NCBI GenBank assembly: GCA_965662895.1
Contig: CBFIJH010000003.1
Location: 69,693 to 133,692 of the forward strand
From: Candidatus Poseidoniaceae archaeon
GTDB lineage: Archaea; Thermoplasmatota; Poseidoniia; Poseidoniales; Poseidoniaceae
Length of the DNA stretch: 64,000 nt
Reading direction: 5' to 3'
Shown here: piece after piece, positions 47,391-57,900 of the stretch
How positions within the stretch are numbered: position 1 is the first letter of the stretch
Layout of the letters: each line of letters opens with the position of its first letter
Notes under the pieces: generated by a model
Told to the model about the DNA's origin: nothing
The model's database searches: none
The model's input: only the letters and a program-made list of their open reading frames with translations
Translations under genes and position numbers: made by a program

Positions 47391-49382
47391 TTAAAACAGC
47401 GAGAGAATATCGCTGAACACCGTCTTTGCGTCGCCAGTCGATCGCTCCACCAAACGTCGGACAATGAGTTCTGGAGTTGAGCGAGCCAAGCAGTTTCGTT
47501 TTGGTGTTCGGTCCACAATCAACTCAAGGTGTTCATCCAATCCTTTAGCTTCAATCCCATCAATTCGCAACGCATCACCACCGTAAGCCTCCACAATTGC
47601 AGGGGCAAGGTGTGTGACGAGAACCATACTTGAATCGGGTTGTTCGTTTGCCGCACGTAACATTCCAGCAATGATTCTCGCACCGGCACCGGGTTCTGTA
47701 ATTGCCTCAAGTTCATCAGCGAGAATCAGTTTAGGTTGTGGATTGCTGACAACTTGGGCGAGGTCGACCAAGGTTGTTTCAAGCGCTCCAGCGCTTTGCG
47801 TTCCACTTGACTTTGCGAGAACATGCAGAGCATCAACACGTCCAACAAGGGCAGTCTGTGCAGGTACGGGTAGTCCCATGTGTGCCAAAATGGTAATGTG
47901 TGCAACCAACTCCAGAAGCGTGGTTTTACCACCACTGTTGGCGCCCGTGAGAAGGGCTATTGGTTGCTGATCACCTTTCGGCGCAGCGAGTCCCAATCCG
48001 TAATTGACGGGTTGGACTTCACCATCGATGAAGAGATGTCGCCCGTGTTCAAACCAAATGCCATGGTGAACCAAATCAGGTAGTCGCGCATTGTGATGCA
48101 ATGCCCATGCTGCTATGCTGTACCACATGTCGTGTTCAATCAGGCGCTGGATAGCTGTTTCACACAATGGTTTGAGATCGGCGAGTTTTGTCGCTAATCG
48201 GAGCAGGTGTTCGTTCCGACTGTCGTTGATTCTTCGCTCGAGTTCCTCATTGAGTTTATCCAAAACAGAACGATTGAATTTCACGGGCCAGTTTGATGCA
48301 AAGAGGTCGAATGGTGATTGAAGCCCACCGGGCTCAAGGAACGATGAGAATTCGCTACGCCCTTGCTCAAGGATGTCTGTGATAACATCCTCAGTTGCGG
48401 ATGCAAGTTTTCTTTGGAACGTGGTCGCATCTGCAAGCGCTTCAAGCATGTCGGAACCCGTCAAATCAAGCGTTGCAGTTTCCATTCCCGCCGAGATTCG
48501 TCGATTCAAATCCTCCTCCATCTGCTTTGCCGTGCTCCAAAGTTCGTCACGAATCGATTCCATGGTTTCAACATCCGCTGAATTGCCCATCATTGCAAAG
48601 ACGGTTGCGAGTTGCTCCAATCCATTGGTTTCATCAAAGATCGATTCCAATGTGGGATGGATTGTTGTACCTTGCTCAATTCTCCACTGCATCAAGTCGA
48701 GAATCACCTTCAGCGTCTTTTTGTTGTTCGTAAACCAATCGAGTGTAAATTCGGGAACCATGACATCGGATCGACTGTTTTCAGGCAGGTTCAGCCAACC
48801 CGGAGGCAAATCCTCTGGACCATGACGGCCAACCCATGTCACGGTTTTGAAAACGGTGTAATCCTTCCACGATTCTTGGGCACTAGGTGTGAGGATACGT
48901 ACATGTTGACTCCATTCAGGATGCTCCAATTGACTGACGATGACTCGTTCATAACGTTGGGTTGGTCGACGAGTATAATTCAAGTTCTTGAAGAGAGTTC
49001 GGAGATGCGCAAATTCTTCTGGCGCTTCCTGAGCAAACAGCAACATTTGACGACAACGAATTCTGCGTTCATCGATTTGATGGCAAGGCATCAGCATTTG
49101 CATTCGAGATGAGCTTGCTTTGTTTGATGCAAAACCCTGCATTTGTGTGATAAGTTGTGCATGCAATTTTACAGCCTCTGTGGTTGCAAGAAACGATGTT
49201 TCTGCCCCATTGTATTCTCTCGCAAGGGCAAGAGCACGCTTGACCGAAATTCCTTCGACCTCTGCAATTCGCGAGATGTCCCCCGATTCGAGCGTTTTTA
49301 GGAGTTCTTGACGTCCTCCAAAATGCGAGTCCAATCGCTTCATCAATCTCTCGCCGATACCCGGTAAGTTCGTGAGCACCAT
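47391..49382 (-). CDS. Archaeal MutS-like ATPase (MutS2/MutS5 type) with N-terminal HhH
   Basis: LPGIG start, LTGANSGGKT, LAHMGLPVPA, AGALE, DELEAITEPGA, VTH, ARSTPE. Confidence 0.88.
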   Translation of the reverse strand: MVLTNLPGIGERLMKRLDSHFGGRQELLKTLESGDISRIAEVEGISVKRALALAREYNGAETSFLATTEAVKLHAQLITQMQGFASNKASSSRMQMLMPCHQIDERRIRCRQMLLFAQEAPEEFAHLRTLFKNLNYTRRPTQRYERVIVSQLEHPEWSQHVRILTPSAQESWKDYTVFKTVTWVGRHGPEDLPPGWLNLPENSRSDVMVPEFTLDWFTNNKKTLKVILDLMQWRIEQGTTIHPTLESIFDETNGLEQLATVFAMMGNSADVETMESIRDELWSTAKQMEEDLNRRISAGMETATLDLTGSDMLEALADATTFQRKLASATEDVITDILEQGRSEFSSFLEPGGLQSPFDLFASNWPVKFNRSVLDKLNEELERRINDSRNEHLLRLATKLADLKPLCETAIQRLIEHDMWYSIAAWALHHNARLPDLVHHGIWFEHGRHLFIDGEVQPVNYGLGLAAPKGDQQPIALLTGANSGGKTTLLELVAHITILAHMGLPVPAQTALVGRVDALHVLAKSSGTQSAGALETTLVDLAQVVSNPQPKLILADELEAITEPGAGARIIAGMLRAANEQPDSSMVLVTHLAPAIVEAYGGDALRIDGIEAKGLDEHLELIVDRTPKRNCLARSTPELIVRRLVERSTGDAKTVFSDILSLF

Positions 49383-49406
49383 CGCTCCACATCGATTGTC
49401 AAGGGC

Positions 49407-49427
49407 TTTTGAGGATAACCCTCAAAA
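49407..49427. terminator. Intergenic 8-bp stem-loop, possible terminator or operator
   Basis: TTTTGAGG-ATAAC-CCTCAAAA, 5 nt past the stop of the 49433-50836 gene. Confidence 0.3.
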
Positions 49428-49432
49428 TGTGG

Positions 49433-50836
49433 TCATTCTTGATAATCCGGTAGGTTGAGTTCAACGGCAAACAGAGGGTCAACATGCGTCGAATCATGAT
49501 AAGCAACGACAACACCTCCATCACGAAGGATACCTAAACTGGCAAAATCAAATCGAATATCGTTTCCAGCTCCAGATGTTGAATCGAGGTCGCCCTGCCC
49601 GATGTATGTGAGTGTGTCTGGCCTGAGGTCTTGGCTGTATTCCCTCGTGTGGAAGAGCACATCAACATCTGGCCCATCGCTCGATTGGTATCGTACATTA
49701 AGCACGAAAAGATCGTGCTCACCGTTGGCTTGGAATTCCCATTCCTCGATGCTGGAAGCAGCGTCTCCGAGATCGTAGGTGTAATTGTTCCAACTCACTG
49801 CACCATCCGTGGAGGAGTAGTGTGTAAAGGAAGTACCTGAGTTCGCAACACAGTGAATTGTTCCTGTCATGTCGATGTGGCAATACTCACTTGGGAACTG
49901 CACGGCCAACTCGTTCCAAGAAAGCGTGGTATCAAGAAACGCAGCGTTACCATTGTCGAAGTATTGTGGAAACAGCAGACCTCCACTCGGAACTGCAAAT
50001 GCTCGCATCTCTTTGTGCGGCTTGTTGACGTCCCAGTGAAAATCCAACGATGCGTTGGTAAAGTCGAGGTCGACTTCGATATCGGGTTGTGAGGATGAAC
50101 GTCCAGGGAATTGGATTGGATAGTAATTCAAACCATCCACTGAGATTTGCCCCCCAGCATTTTGCGACTGATGCCAGAAATTGGAAATAACCAGCGATGC
50201 CCATTCACCGTCGCCGATGCTTGAAGAAATTGGTCCAACAACTTCAACTTGCCAACTTCGATCGTAAAAGGGCTCTGTGATTCGGTTGTAACACCACTTC
50301 CATTCCATTTCAGAATCATCGTAGAGGATTGCATAGAACTTGTCGAGTTTCAGGTCACCCCCCACGTAAGGGAACCACGACATCGAAATGATGTCTCCAT
50401 TTGTTGCTTGTACGATGCTGCCCTCACCAAGACCTTCCGTGCCAGGGTTGGTTGGAACAAAGGTTCGGCATTGCAAATCGGGAGTAACGCCCGGAATCCA
50501 TGTGTCCCAGTCGTGGCCTCTGTCGACCGACCAAACGGGATATTCTCCTCCGATATTCAAGATTGAACCTGAAATGGTTGTTGCAATGTAATGCTCACAG
50601 CAGTTCCCTCCCTTTGATTCATCGAAGACCGCCCACGTCATGGTGGTTGTCTCATTGGTTCGCAGGTCAACGGTCATGAATTCACGTGGAGATTCATGTG
50701 GCTGCTCATCGATGAGGACGTACTCTTGCCATGCTGGTTGGATTTCCTCGGTTTTTACAACGGTTTCTCCATCACCATAACATCCCGCTAGAACCATGCT
50801 GAGAACCAGCATGACGGCGAGAAATCCTCTGCGCAT
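49433..50836 (-). CDS. Lipoprotein-like secreted protein with BNR/Asp-box (beta-propeller) motifs
   Basis: LAGC lipobox-like; SVDRGHDW and STDGAVSW Asp-boxes. Confidence 0.7.
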   Translation of the reverse strand: MRRGFLAVMLVLSMVLAGCYGDGETVVKTEEIQPAWQEYVLIDEQPHESPREFMTVDLRTNETTTMTWAVFDESKGGNCCEHYIATTISGSILNIGGEYPVWSVDRGHDWDTWIPGVTPDLQCRTFVPTNPGTEGLGEGSIVQATNGDIISMSWFPYVGGDLKLDKFYAILYDDSEMEWKWCYNRITEPFYDRSWQVEVVGPISSSIGDGEWASLVISNFWHQSQNAGGQISVDGLNYYPIQFPGRSSSQPDIEVDLDFTNASLDFHWDVNKPHKEMRAFAVPSGGLLFPQYFDNGNAAFLDTTLSWNELAVQFPSEYCHIDMTGTIHCVANSGTSFTHYSSTDGAVSWNNYTYDLGDAASSIEEWEFQANGEHDLFVLNVRYQSSDGPDVDVLFHTREYSQDLRPDTLTYIGQGDLDSTSGAGNDIRFDFASLGILRDGGVVVAYHDSTHVDPLFAVELNLPDYQE

Positions 50837-50843
50837 GGTCGGG

Positions 50844-51611
50844 CTATTCCTCTGCCATTTTCAAATCCTTGCAAAGTTCGTTAAACATACGCAGTCCGGT
50901 CAGAGTATGACTTCCAAACCACGTCAAGGCTTCACCATCGATGCATTGCGTCCAAGGTCGTTGGCCGCCAATTTCTTCAACAGCGTTGGCAATTTCTTCC
51001 CCCTCCTGCTTTGAGAACTCATGCGGTTCGCTTGAGAGCAGCAATCCTTCAACCGAATGCGATGTGATGTGTTTTGGTGTCACCACAGGATAACCGTTCC
51101 CATCTGGCTCGATGTCGGGTACCTGAAATCCACACGTTTCAAGCAATGCTCCTGCGTACTTCTTGGGAGACACTGCCATGAGTGGGTCGTGCCAAATCAT
51201 CGGTAAGACCACCGGGCCTTGTTCTGAGTCCATGCAGTGGATTTCATTGGAGATTGCTTCAGCAAGCATGCTCGCCTTTTCCAACCGATTCAATCGTTGG
51301 CCCAGTTGCATCAACATTTCGGGAACGTCGCTCGGTCGCTCGACAGTGCTCACAAAGGTCTCGATACCAAGTTTGACAAGTTCGTCATGAATTTGTTTTG
51401 GGTTTTCTTCACGATCGAGAATGACCAGATCAGGTTGAGCGTTTCGTATCTTTTTCAGATTCGGCGTCTTCGTTCCACCTACAATTGGGATTGCTTTCAC
51501 GAACGATTCTGGATGGATGCACCACGGTGTTCGACCAACAACATGAGAAGCATCAACGCCCAAATCCGCAAGCGTTAGCGTAAGACTTGGAACGAGCGAA
51601 ACCACCCGCAT
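50844..51611 (-). CDS. Helical-backbone metal receptor (BtuF-like)
   Basis: RVVSLVPS.T, VGRT.WC.HP, GGTKTP, EEN, SSEP.F, DGE..TW.G. Confidence 0.85.
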   Translation of the reverse strand: MRVVSLVPSLTLTLADLGVDASHVVGRTPWCIHPESFVKAIPIVGGTKTPNLKKIRNAQPDLVILDREENPKQIHDELVKLGIETFVSTVERPSDVPEMLMQLGQRLNRLEKASMLAEAISNEIHCMDSEQGPVVLPMIWHDPLMAVSPKKYAGALLETCGFQVPDIEPDGNGYPVVTPKHITSHSVEGLLLSSEPHEFSKQEGEEIANAVEEIGGQRPWTQCIDGEALTWFGSHTLTGLRMFNELCKDLKMAEE

Positions 51612-51620
51612 TCTTCTCCC

Positions 51621-54600
51621 TCAACGCTCGTGGACGCGGTATGCGATTTCAGCACCGTCAACATCGAAGGATTCAGCATCTTTGGGCGGTTGATCGGAAG
51701 TGAATGTCATCCCTGATGCTCTCGTTTCCTTAGCGATCCAGTTTTGGTCTTCTTCGAAAAGCTCAGGGGCATTGTTCATCCAAATTTCAACATCGATCAT
51801 GGATTCGATGGCCAAGTCCATGTCTTTCCTCTTGGACTGAATCCGACGTGTAATGTCGCGCGCAAGACCTTTCGAAAGAAGATGAGGTGTATCTTGCATG
51901 TCGAGAACCAAGCTTACGTGGGATGTGTCATCGCCCTCGCCGACGGTTATGGTGGAAGCTGCGTATCCTTCTCGCTCCGCACGTCGAATTTCAACATCCG
52001 ATTCTAAGATATCAACGCCCATGATGGTGCATGAACCGTTTTGGATGTCAGCAAGCAGCGCCTCGGGATCCGGATGGTTCTTGATTTGGCCAGCAATGGC
52101 ATTGACGTCACCTTTTGCTCGCGGAGCCAAGGCACGGAAATTCACACCAAGTTCAACTCGCTGGAATCGGTCAAGGTCGTTTTCGACAGCGATGTTTTCA
52201 ACGTTCAATTCTTCGCACAACAGGTCATGATACGGTTCCAAGTTCGGTCCAGCAACAATCCAACCTTCAGCACATGGGAGTCGCTGCCGGCGTTGAGCAT
52301 CAATTCGAATCCGACGACCGGTTTCAGCAAGTTCACGAACAAGTTCCATCTCATGCTCTAGGTCAGCATCATGTGGAGGAAGTTGTTGTGTTTCTGCGAC
52401 GAGGCTTTCGTCCCATGCATCGGCTGTCGCACCTTCAGTCGAACCAGGTGTCCCAAGCGGCCACGCTGCAGTATGAACGGTTGTTCCAGTAAGGTTTCGG
52501 TGGATGGTGTCAACCATGAACGGACTGACTGGAGCAATGAGTCGGCACACCGTAACGAGAATTTCGTGCAGGGTGTGTTGGCAGGCAAGTTTGTCGCCAG
52601 ATTCAGCCTCATCCCAAAGTCGACGTCGGCTTCTGCGTACGTACCAATTGGAAACATCGTTAACTATGAAATCCTCGAGTTCACGACATGCTTTGTGGAA
52701 ATTCCAATTGGTGAATCCTTGATGATATGCCTTGGCTGTCGAGTGAAGTTTGGAGAGAATCCAGCGGTCAAGTCGTGGTCGTTGCTCAACTGGCGATATT
52801 GCGTTCGTTGGGTCGAAGGAATCCAATGCAGCATAGTCGGCATGGAATCGGTAAATGTTCCAAAGTGTCAAGAACATCTTGGCATAGGTTTCGCGAACTC
52901 CGTTTGAGTCAAATTTGAGTGGATTCCAAGGTGCACCTGCTGTGACCATGTACCAACGCGTTGCATCTGCGCCCTCACGATTGAAATGATCCCAAGGGTC
53001 CACGATGTTCCCTCTCGATTTCGACATTTTCTTCCCTTCCGCATCGAGAATGAGTCCAAGCGAGAGACAGCGCTTGTAGGCGGGCGAATCAAAAACGGTT
53101 GTCGAGACAGCAAGAAGAGTGTAGAACCAACCACGTGTTTGGTCAACTCCTTCGCAGATGTAATCAACAGGGAATGAAGAATCAAACGTCTTGTTTTCAT
53201 CGAACGGGTGGTGCCATTGGGCGAACGGTGCACATCCAGAATCAAACCAGCAATCCATCACAAAGGGCTCACGGCGCATTGGTTTACCATTGTCTGAGAC
53301 AAGGGTGAATGCGTCAACGACAGGGCGATGCAAATCAACATCATCTGGACAATCAGGGTTTTCAATTCCTGCTGCAATAGCCTTGGCAACCTCTTGTTGC
53401 AGTTCTGAAATGGAACCAATGCATTTCATGTTTCCATCATCATCTCTCCAAACTGGCAGTGGTGTTCCCCAGTATCGTTCTCTTGAAATGGCCCAATCTT
53501 TGACGTTTCGTAGCCATTCACCAAATCGTCCTTCTCCAACCCAATCTGGGGCCCACTCCACATCATCGTTGAATTCAAGCAACCGGTCTTTGACGGCTGT
53601 CATTCGAACAAACCATGAGTCCATGGCATAGTAGAGGAGGGGATGATCGGTCCTCCAGCAGTGTGGGTAGTCGTGGAGGTAACTTTTCTCCCGATAGAGC
53701 AGGCCGGACTGGACAATATCGCTACGGTTAATCAGGATGTCCATGACCGAATCATCGCAAGATTTGACGTATCGTCCATCGAGTTCAGGATGGACTCCAT
53801 CGACGAAGTTACCTTCCATGTTGACGGTGTGATAGGCTGGCAATCCAACCTCCATTCCAAGATGATAGTCGTCTTCACCGTACATGACCGCTGTATGGAC
53901 AACACCTGTACCATCGGTTGTTGTGACCCAATCTGCGGACAAGACCGTCCATGCTGTGGTTGACTCACCGCGAGGTACTGCATCAGGGAAGAGTGGCTCG
54001 TAGGATTTCCCAACCAAATCTGAGCCTCGAATCTCTTCGAGAACATCGACATGGTGGCGAAGAACTTCGCCCATCAAGTCCTTTGCAAGAATGAGCTCTT
54101 CGCCGACTGAAGCCCCCCCTCGTCCTTGCCAACCTTCAGGTTCTTCTCGAATTTGACAGCGAACATACGTAACATCGGGACCAACTGCGAGGCCAACGTT
54201 TCCTGGAAGCGTCCATGGTGTTGTCGTCCAGGCGAGAATGGATGCAGAATCATCAACCAGCTTGAATTTCACATACACCGAAGGTTCCTCGACTTCCTTG
54301 TAGCCCAAGGCCACCTCGTGACTAGAATAGGACGTCCCGGTCTGTGGGCAATATGGCAAAACCTTGTGTCCCCTGTACAGCAAATCTTTGTCGAACATTT
54401 GTTTTAACGCCCACCAGCATGATTCGACGTAGTCGTTGTGGAGCGTGACGTATGGGTTGTCCAAATCAACCCAGTAAGCCATGCGCTCTGTCATCTCACG
54501 CCAAGCGCTTTCGTATGTCCAAACGCTTTCTCGACACGCATCGTTGAATGCTTGCATGCCGAAGTTCTCAATGGCTTCATTGCTCATGAGATCGAGTCGT

Positions 54601-54896
54601 TTTTGCACCTCAATTTCGACCGGAAGACCGTGTGTATCCCATCCACCTTTTCGTTCAACGAGAAAACCTTCCATGGATTTCCATCTGCAAACAAGATCCT
54701 TGTAGGCTCGAGCCACGACGTGATGAATTCCGGGCTTTCCGTTCGCAGTAGGCGGGCCTTCGAGAAAGATAAATGGCGCACCGTTTCGATTGGAATCGAT
54801 GGACTGCTGGAAGGTTTGTTCCTTCTTCCACGTTTCAAGAAGCGCCGTTTCAAGTGCAACAGCATCAAGGTCACCGGCGGGACTTGGTCGAACCAT
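51621..54896 (-). CDS. ileS: Isoleucine-tRNA ligase (IleRS2/eukaryote-like type)
   Basis: EGPPTANG, GIHH, GWDTHGLPVE, WTTTPWTL, SRERYWGTP, EGVDQTRGWF, KMSKS, SNWYVR. Confidence 0.96.
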   Translation of the reverse strand: MVRPSPAGDLDAVALETALLETWKKEQTFQQSIDSNRNGAPFIFLEGPPTANGKPGIHHVVARAYKDLVCRWKSMEGFLVERKGGWDTHGLPVEIEVQKRLDLMSNEAIENFGMQAFNDACRESVWTYESAWREMTERMAYWVDLDNPYVTLHNDYVESCWWALKQMFDKDLLYRGHKVLPYCPQTGTSYSSHEVALGYKEVEEPSVYVKFKLVDDSASILAWTTTPWTLPGNVGLAVGPDVTYVRCQIREEPEGWQGRGGASVGEELILAKDLMGEVLRHHVDVLEEIRGSDLVGKSYEPLFPDAVPRGESTTAWTVLSADWVTTTDGTGVVHTAVMYGEDDYHLGMEVGLPAYHTVNMEGNFVDGVHPELDGRYVKSCDDSVMDILINRSDIVQSGLLYREKSYLHDYPHCWRTDHPLLYYAMDSWFVRMTAVKDRLLEFNDDVEWAPDWVGEGRFGEWLRNVKDWAISRERYWGTPLPVWRDDDGNMKCIGSISELQQEVAKAIAAGIENPDCPDDVDLHRPVVDAFTLVSDNGKPMRREPFVMDCWFDSGCAPFAQWHHPFDENKTFDSSFPVDYICEGVDQTRGWFYTLLAVSTTVFDSPAYKRCLSLGLILDAEGKKMSKSRGNIVDPWDHFNREGADATRWYMVTAGAPWNPLKFDSNGVRETYAKMFLTLWNIYRFHADYAALDSFDPTNAISPVEQRPRLDRWILSKLHSTAKAYHQGFTNWNFHKACRELEDFIVNDVSNWYVRRSRRRLWDEAESGDKLACQHTLHEILVTVCRLIAPVSPFMVDTIHRNLTGTTVHTAAWPLGTPGSTEGATADAWDESLVAETQQLPPHDADLEHEMELVRELAETGRRIRIDAQRRQRLPCAEGWIVAGPNLEPYHDLLCEELNVENIAVENDLDRFQRVELGVNFRALAPRAKGDVNAIAGQIKNHPDPEALLADIQNGSCTIMGVDILESDVEIRRAEREGYAASTITVGEGDDTSHVSLVLDMQDTPHLLSKGLARDITRRIQSKRKDMDLAIESMIDVEIWMNNAPELFEEDQNWIAKETRASGMTFTSDQPPKDAESFDVDGAEIAYRVHER

Positions 54897-54992
54897 GAAT
54901 CGCCAAATGCGCCGTTGTTTTCAATCTCTCCCTCAAATAACAGCAATTGAATGGACTGACACATTCAAGTCCTTTGAAAACTAGGGCAGCGT

Positions 54993-57900
54993 ATGGCCGG
55001 CTCTTCCAATGGACGAGGCATTGCCCTGTTCGTTTTGTTTTTGTTTGTAGCAAGCCCGTACACGACCCTTGTACCTTCCGCTCCTGCCTCAATTCTCGGG
55101 GAGTCAATACCGGTAAGATTTGTCTCTCAAGGAACGCCCGTAACCGTTGATATTCGCCCTGGCCAGACAAGTCAATCGCCTTTCGAACTTGACCTGCCAT
55201 CAGGAAGCGGAGCGATTACCGCACTTGATTTAAACGTCCAGTCAGCAACAATGGAGAATTCACAGTCCCTGCTCTGGGAAGGTGATGCGGCATGGAACCA
55301 CCCAGATGCCGTGAAAAACAACACATTTTCTCAATCTGGTATTTTGACACGCGATGGATCAGCCCCTGACTATGATTTCAACAACGGACTTCAGGGTTGG
55401 ACTGTTTCCTCAGCAACCTATGTTGGTCGATACACGAATAATTCGTGCGGTTACAATGGTACGAGCGGTGGGTCGATCAAAACCCAAGCGAGCAGTACCC
55501 CTGAGCATGCAACGTCGCCGGCAACAAATTTGGCGGGACGTTCGAACATTCCTTTCCATGCTTGGGTCCATGAGGGACGCTCGGGTTGTGGAGAAACTCC
55601 TGATTCGGGAGAAAACTTGCACTTGAAATACAAAACAGCAGGCGGGCAATGGACCACTTTCCATACCTTCCAAGGAGGAGGTTCGCAGACAAGCAACTTC
55701 CAATATTCCACAGTTCTTCCTGCCGCAGCCCTTCATTCCTCTTCGCAGTTCCGGATTGAACAAACCCGCGGGACCGGTACATGTTGTGATTACTGGTTTG
55801 TTGACGATGTCAAGGTCGTTATCCCTCCATTGACGTCTTGGACGAGCCCGACATTCGGCTACAATGTTTCCAACAGTTTCTCCTTGGCAGAAGGCCCTTA
55901 TGGGCCAATGTACATCAATGCAAATCTTCCAATTGGCTCATCGCTGCATTGGACGCTCATCGATGCACAGACGGGAGACAACATCTCTGGATTTGAGTCC
56001 ATCGAGGGGACACGAGTCCACCTTGATGCGGTCGACTGGGAGCATTATGGCTCGCTGCGTGTCCAATTGATGTTCGAAGGTCTTGATAGTGCCTCGATGC
56101 CTTCCGTTGAATCCATCTCTGCTGGAGGATTGGTTTACGATACATTCAGCACAGACCCGGTTGAAAGAGGATGGATGTTGAACAACAGTTCCTATGTTTC
56201 AAACAGTATTTCTTCGGTGGCAAATGGAACTGTTTACTCGCCATGGTACAGAAGCAATTCCCCAATTGCGGGCTATCAGATTGCAGCGATTCTGCAAGAG
56301 TTCGAGGCTTTTGTTCGTCATACAGAATCCGATTCTTGGACCTCCGTTTCCTTGCCGTATTCTGGAACCCTTTCTCCAAATGAACATGCGTTCCAAGTGA
56401 AATTCGTTCATAATTCAACAACGAATGCCTCCCTAGAGGAGATTCAGGTTACAATTTCTAGCGGTCAACGCGTGTATTCTCCAACATTGGACTTGGACGG
56501 CGACCAAATACTTGAGTGGGGTCAGCCGGACATACGTATAGGATCATGGGGCTTCCAAGATCGATTTTCTCACGGTGAAAAGTCCCATGACGTTTCCTTC
56601 GGTTTGTCGGGTCTAGCGACTGCATCCGCTTGGATTCCCGCATCAAATCTTGAGGGATTTGCTGCTTCCGTTTCGACTGACGGTGGAAACATGACTGGTC
56701 TTTCAATACGCGTCGCTGGGTCAACCATCCTATCGAGGTCGATTGACAATACAACGGTGTATCGTCTTGAACTCAACAGTTCCGAGAGGGAAACCCTCGC
56801 TGCTGAGCTTTCAACTCAAAACGCACTGTTGAACAACATGGGTCAAGGTTTTGCTCTTGTGGAATTGGAAGTGTATGGTAACGGCGTTGCAACCTTCACC
56901 AATCTCGCTGCACCCTATGCAACCTCGATGACGGTTTCAGCGAATCAACAATCTCCTTTGGTCATGGCAGCAAATTCTGCGTACCGGGCGCCAGGTCCTT
57001 CTCCATCGATTTCCTTCCCCTTTACCGGTCTATCCAACGGAAAATTAATCGTTGAAGTAACGAATATGGATTTTAGTGACGATGTTGCTACCGGTACGGT
57101 CACAATGGAAAATGTCTCCAATCCGCTCACCACCTCGCAGCGTTGGCTTTCGTTTACGACTCGTTTCAGTGTTGACTCTGAGCGAACAATTTCCTTGATT
57201 CGACTTGACGTCCAAGGTCAGCACAATCACGGCACTTGGCTCATCCCTGCGAGTGGAGGGGAAGCGCTTGGGCAGGCAGACAGTGATTTGATTGAATTGC
57301 ACCCGACACATCCGTTTGCAATCGCTGAGGTCTCCCCTTCGATGAATGAAATTACTGTTAAATTTCGAATTGAACAAGGTTGGGACGACGAGGACTGGTT
57401 AACCGCTTCGATGCGACTTGTTCTCGATAATGGTGTCGTATCACGGCCAGGTCAATTCCTTTGGTATGCTGTTGGAGACCTTCCCGCATTGGAAAATGAT
57501 TTGATCATCAAATCTGTCAAAATTACTGGAGACCATGGACTGATACCAGAATCAACCGTATATCTCGCAGCAGGCATGGATTTGAACTTCTCCATCGATG
57601 TTGGATACCAAGGTGTCGATGGTGTTGATGCCTTTGCAGAAGGTGACGCGGAAGTCCAACTTTGGCGAGGAAACACAATGGTAGCTAACACGACGAGTCT
57701 CGATGTTGATATCTGGAATGTTTCAGATACTGCTCCATTCTCGTTCGGTGACCTCACATGGACAGTGCGTGTTGTTCCATTGAACGGTGGCGATGTTGTC
57801 GATGAGTCGGAATATCTTCGTACCTTCAAAATCGACCCGACAGCGCCTGCTGTTATTGGATCGAACGTTGACTGGTACGATCATCGTCTTGCCTCAACGA

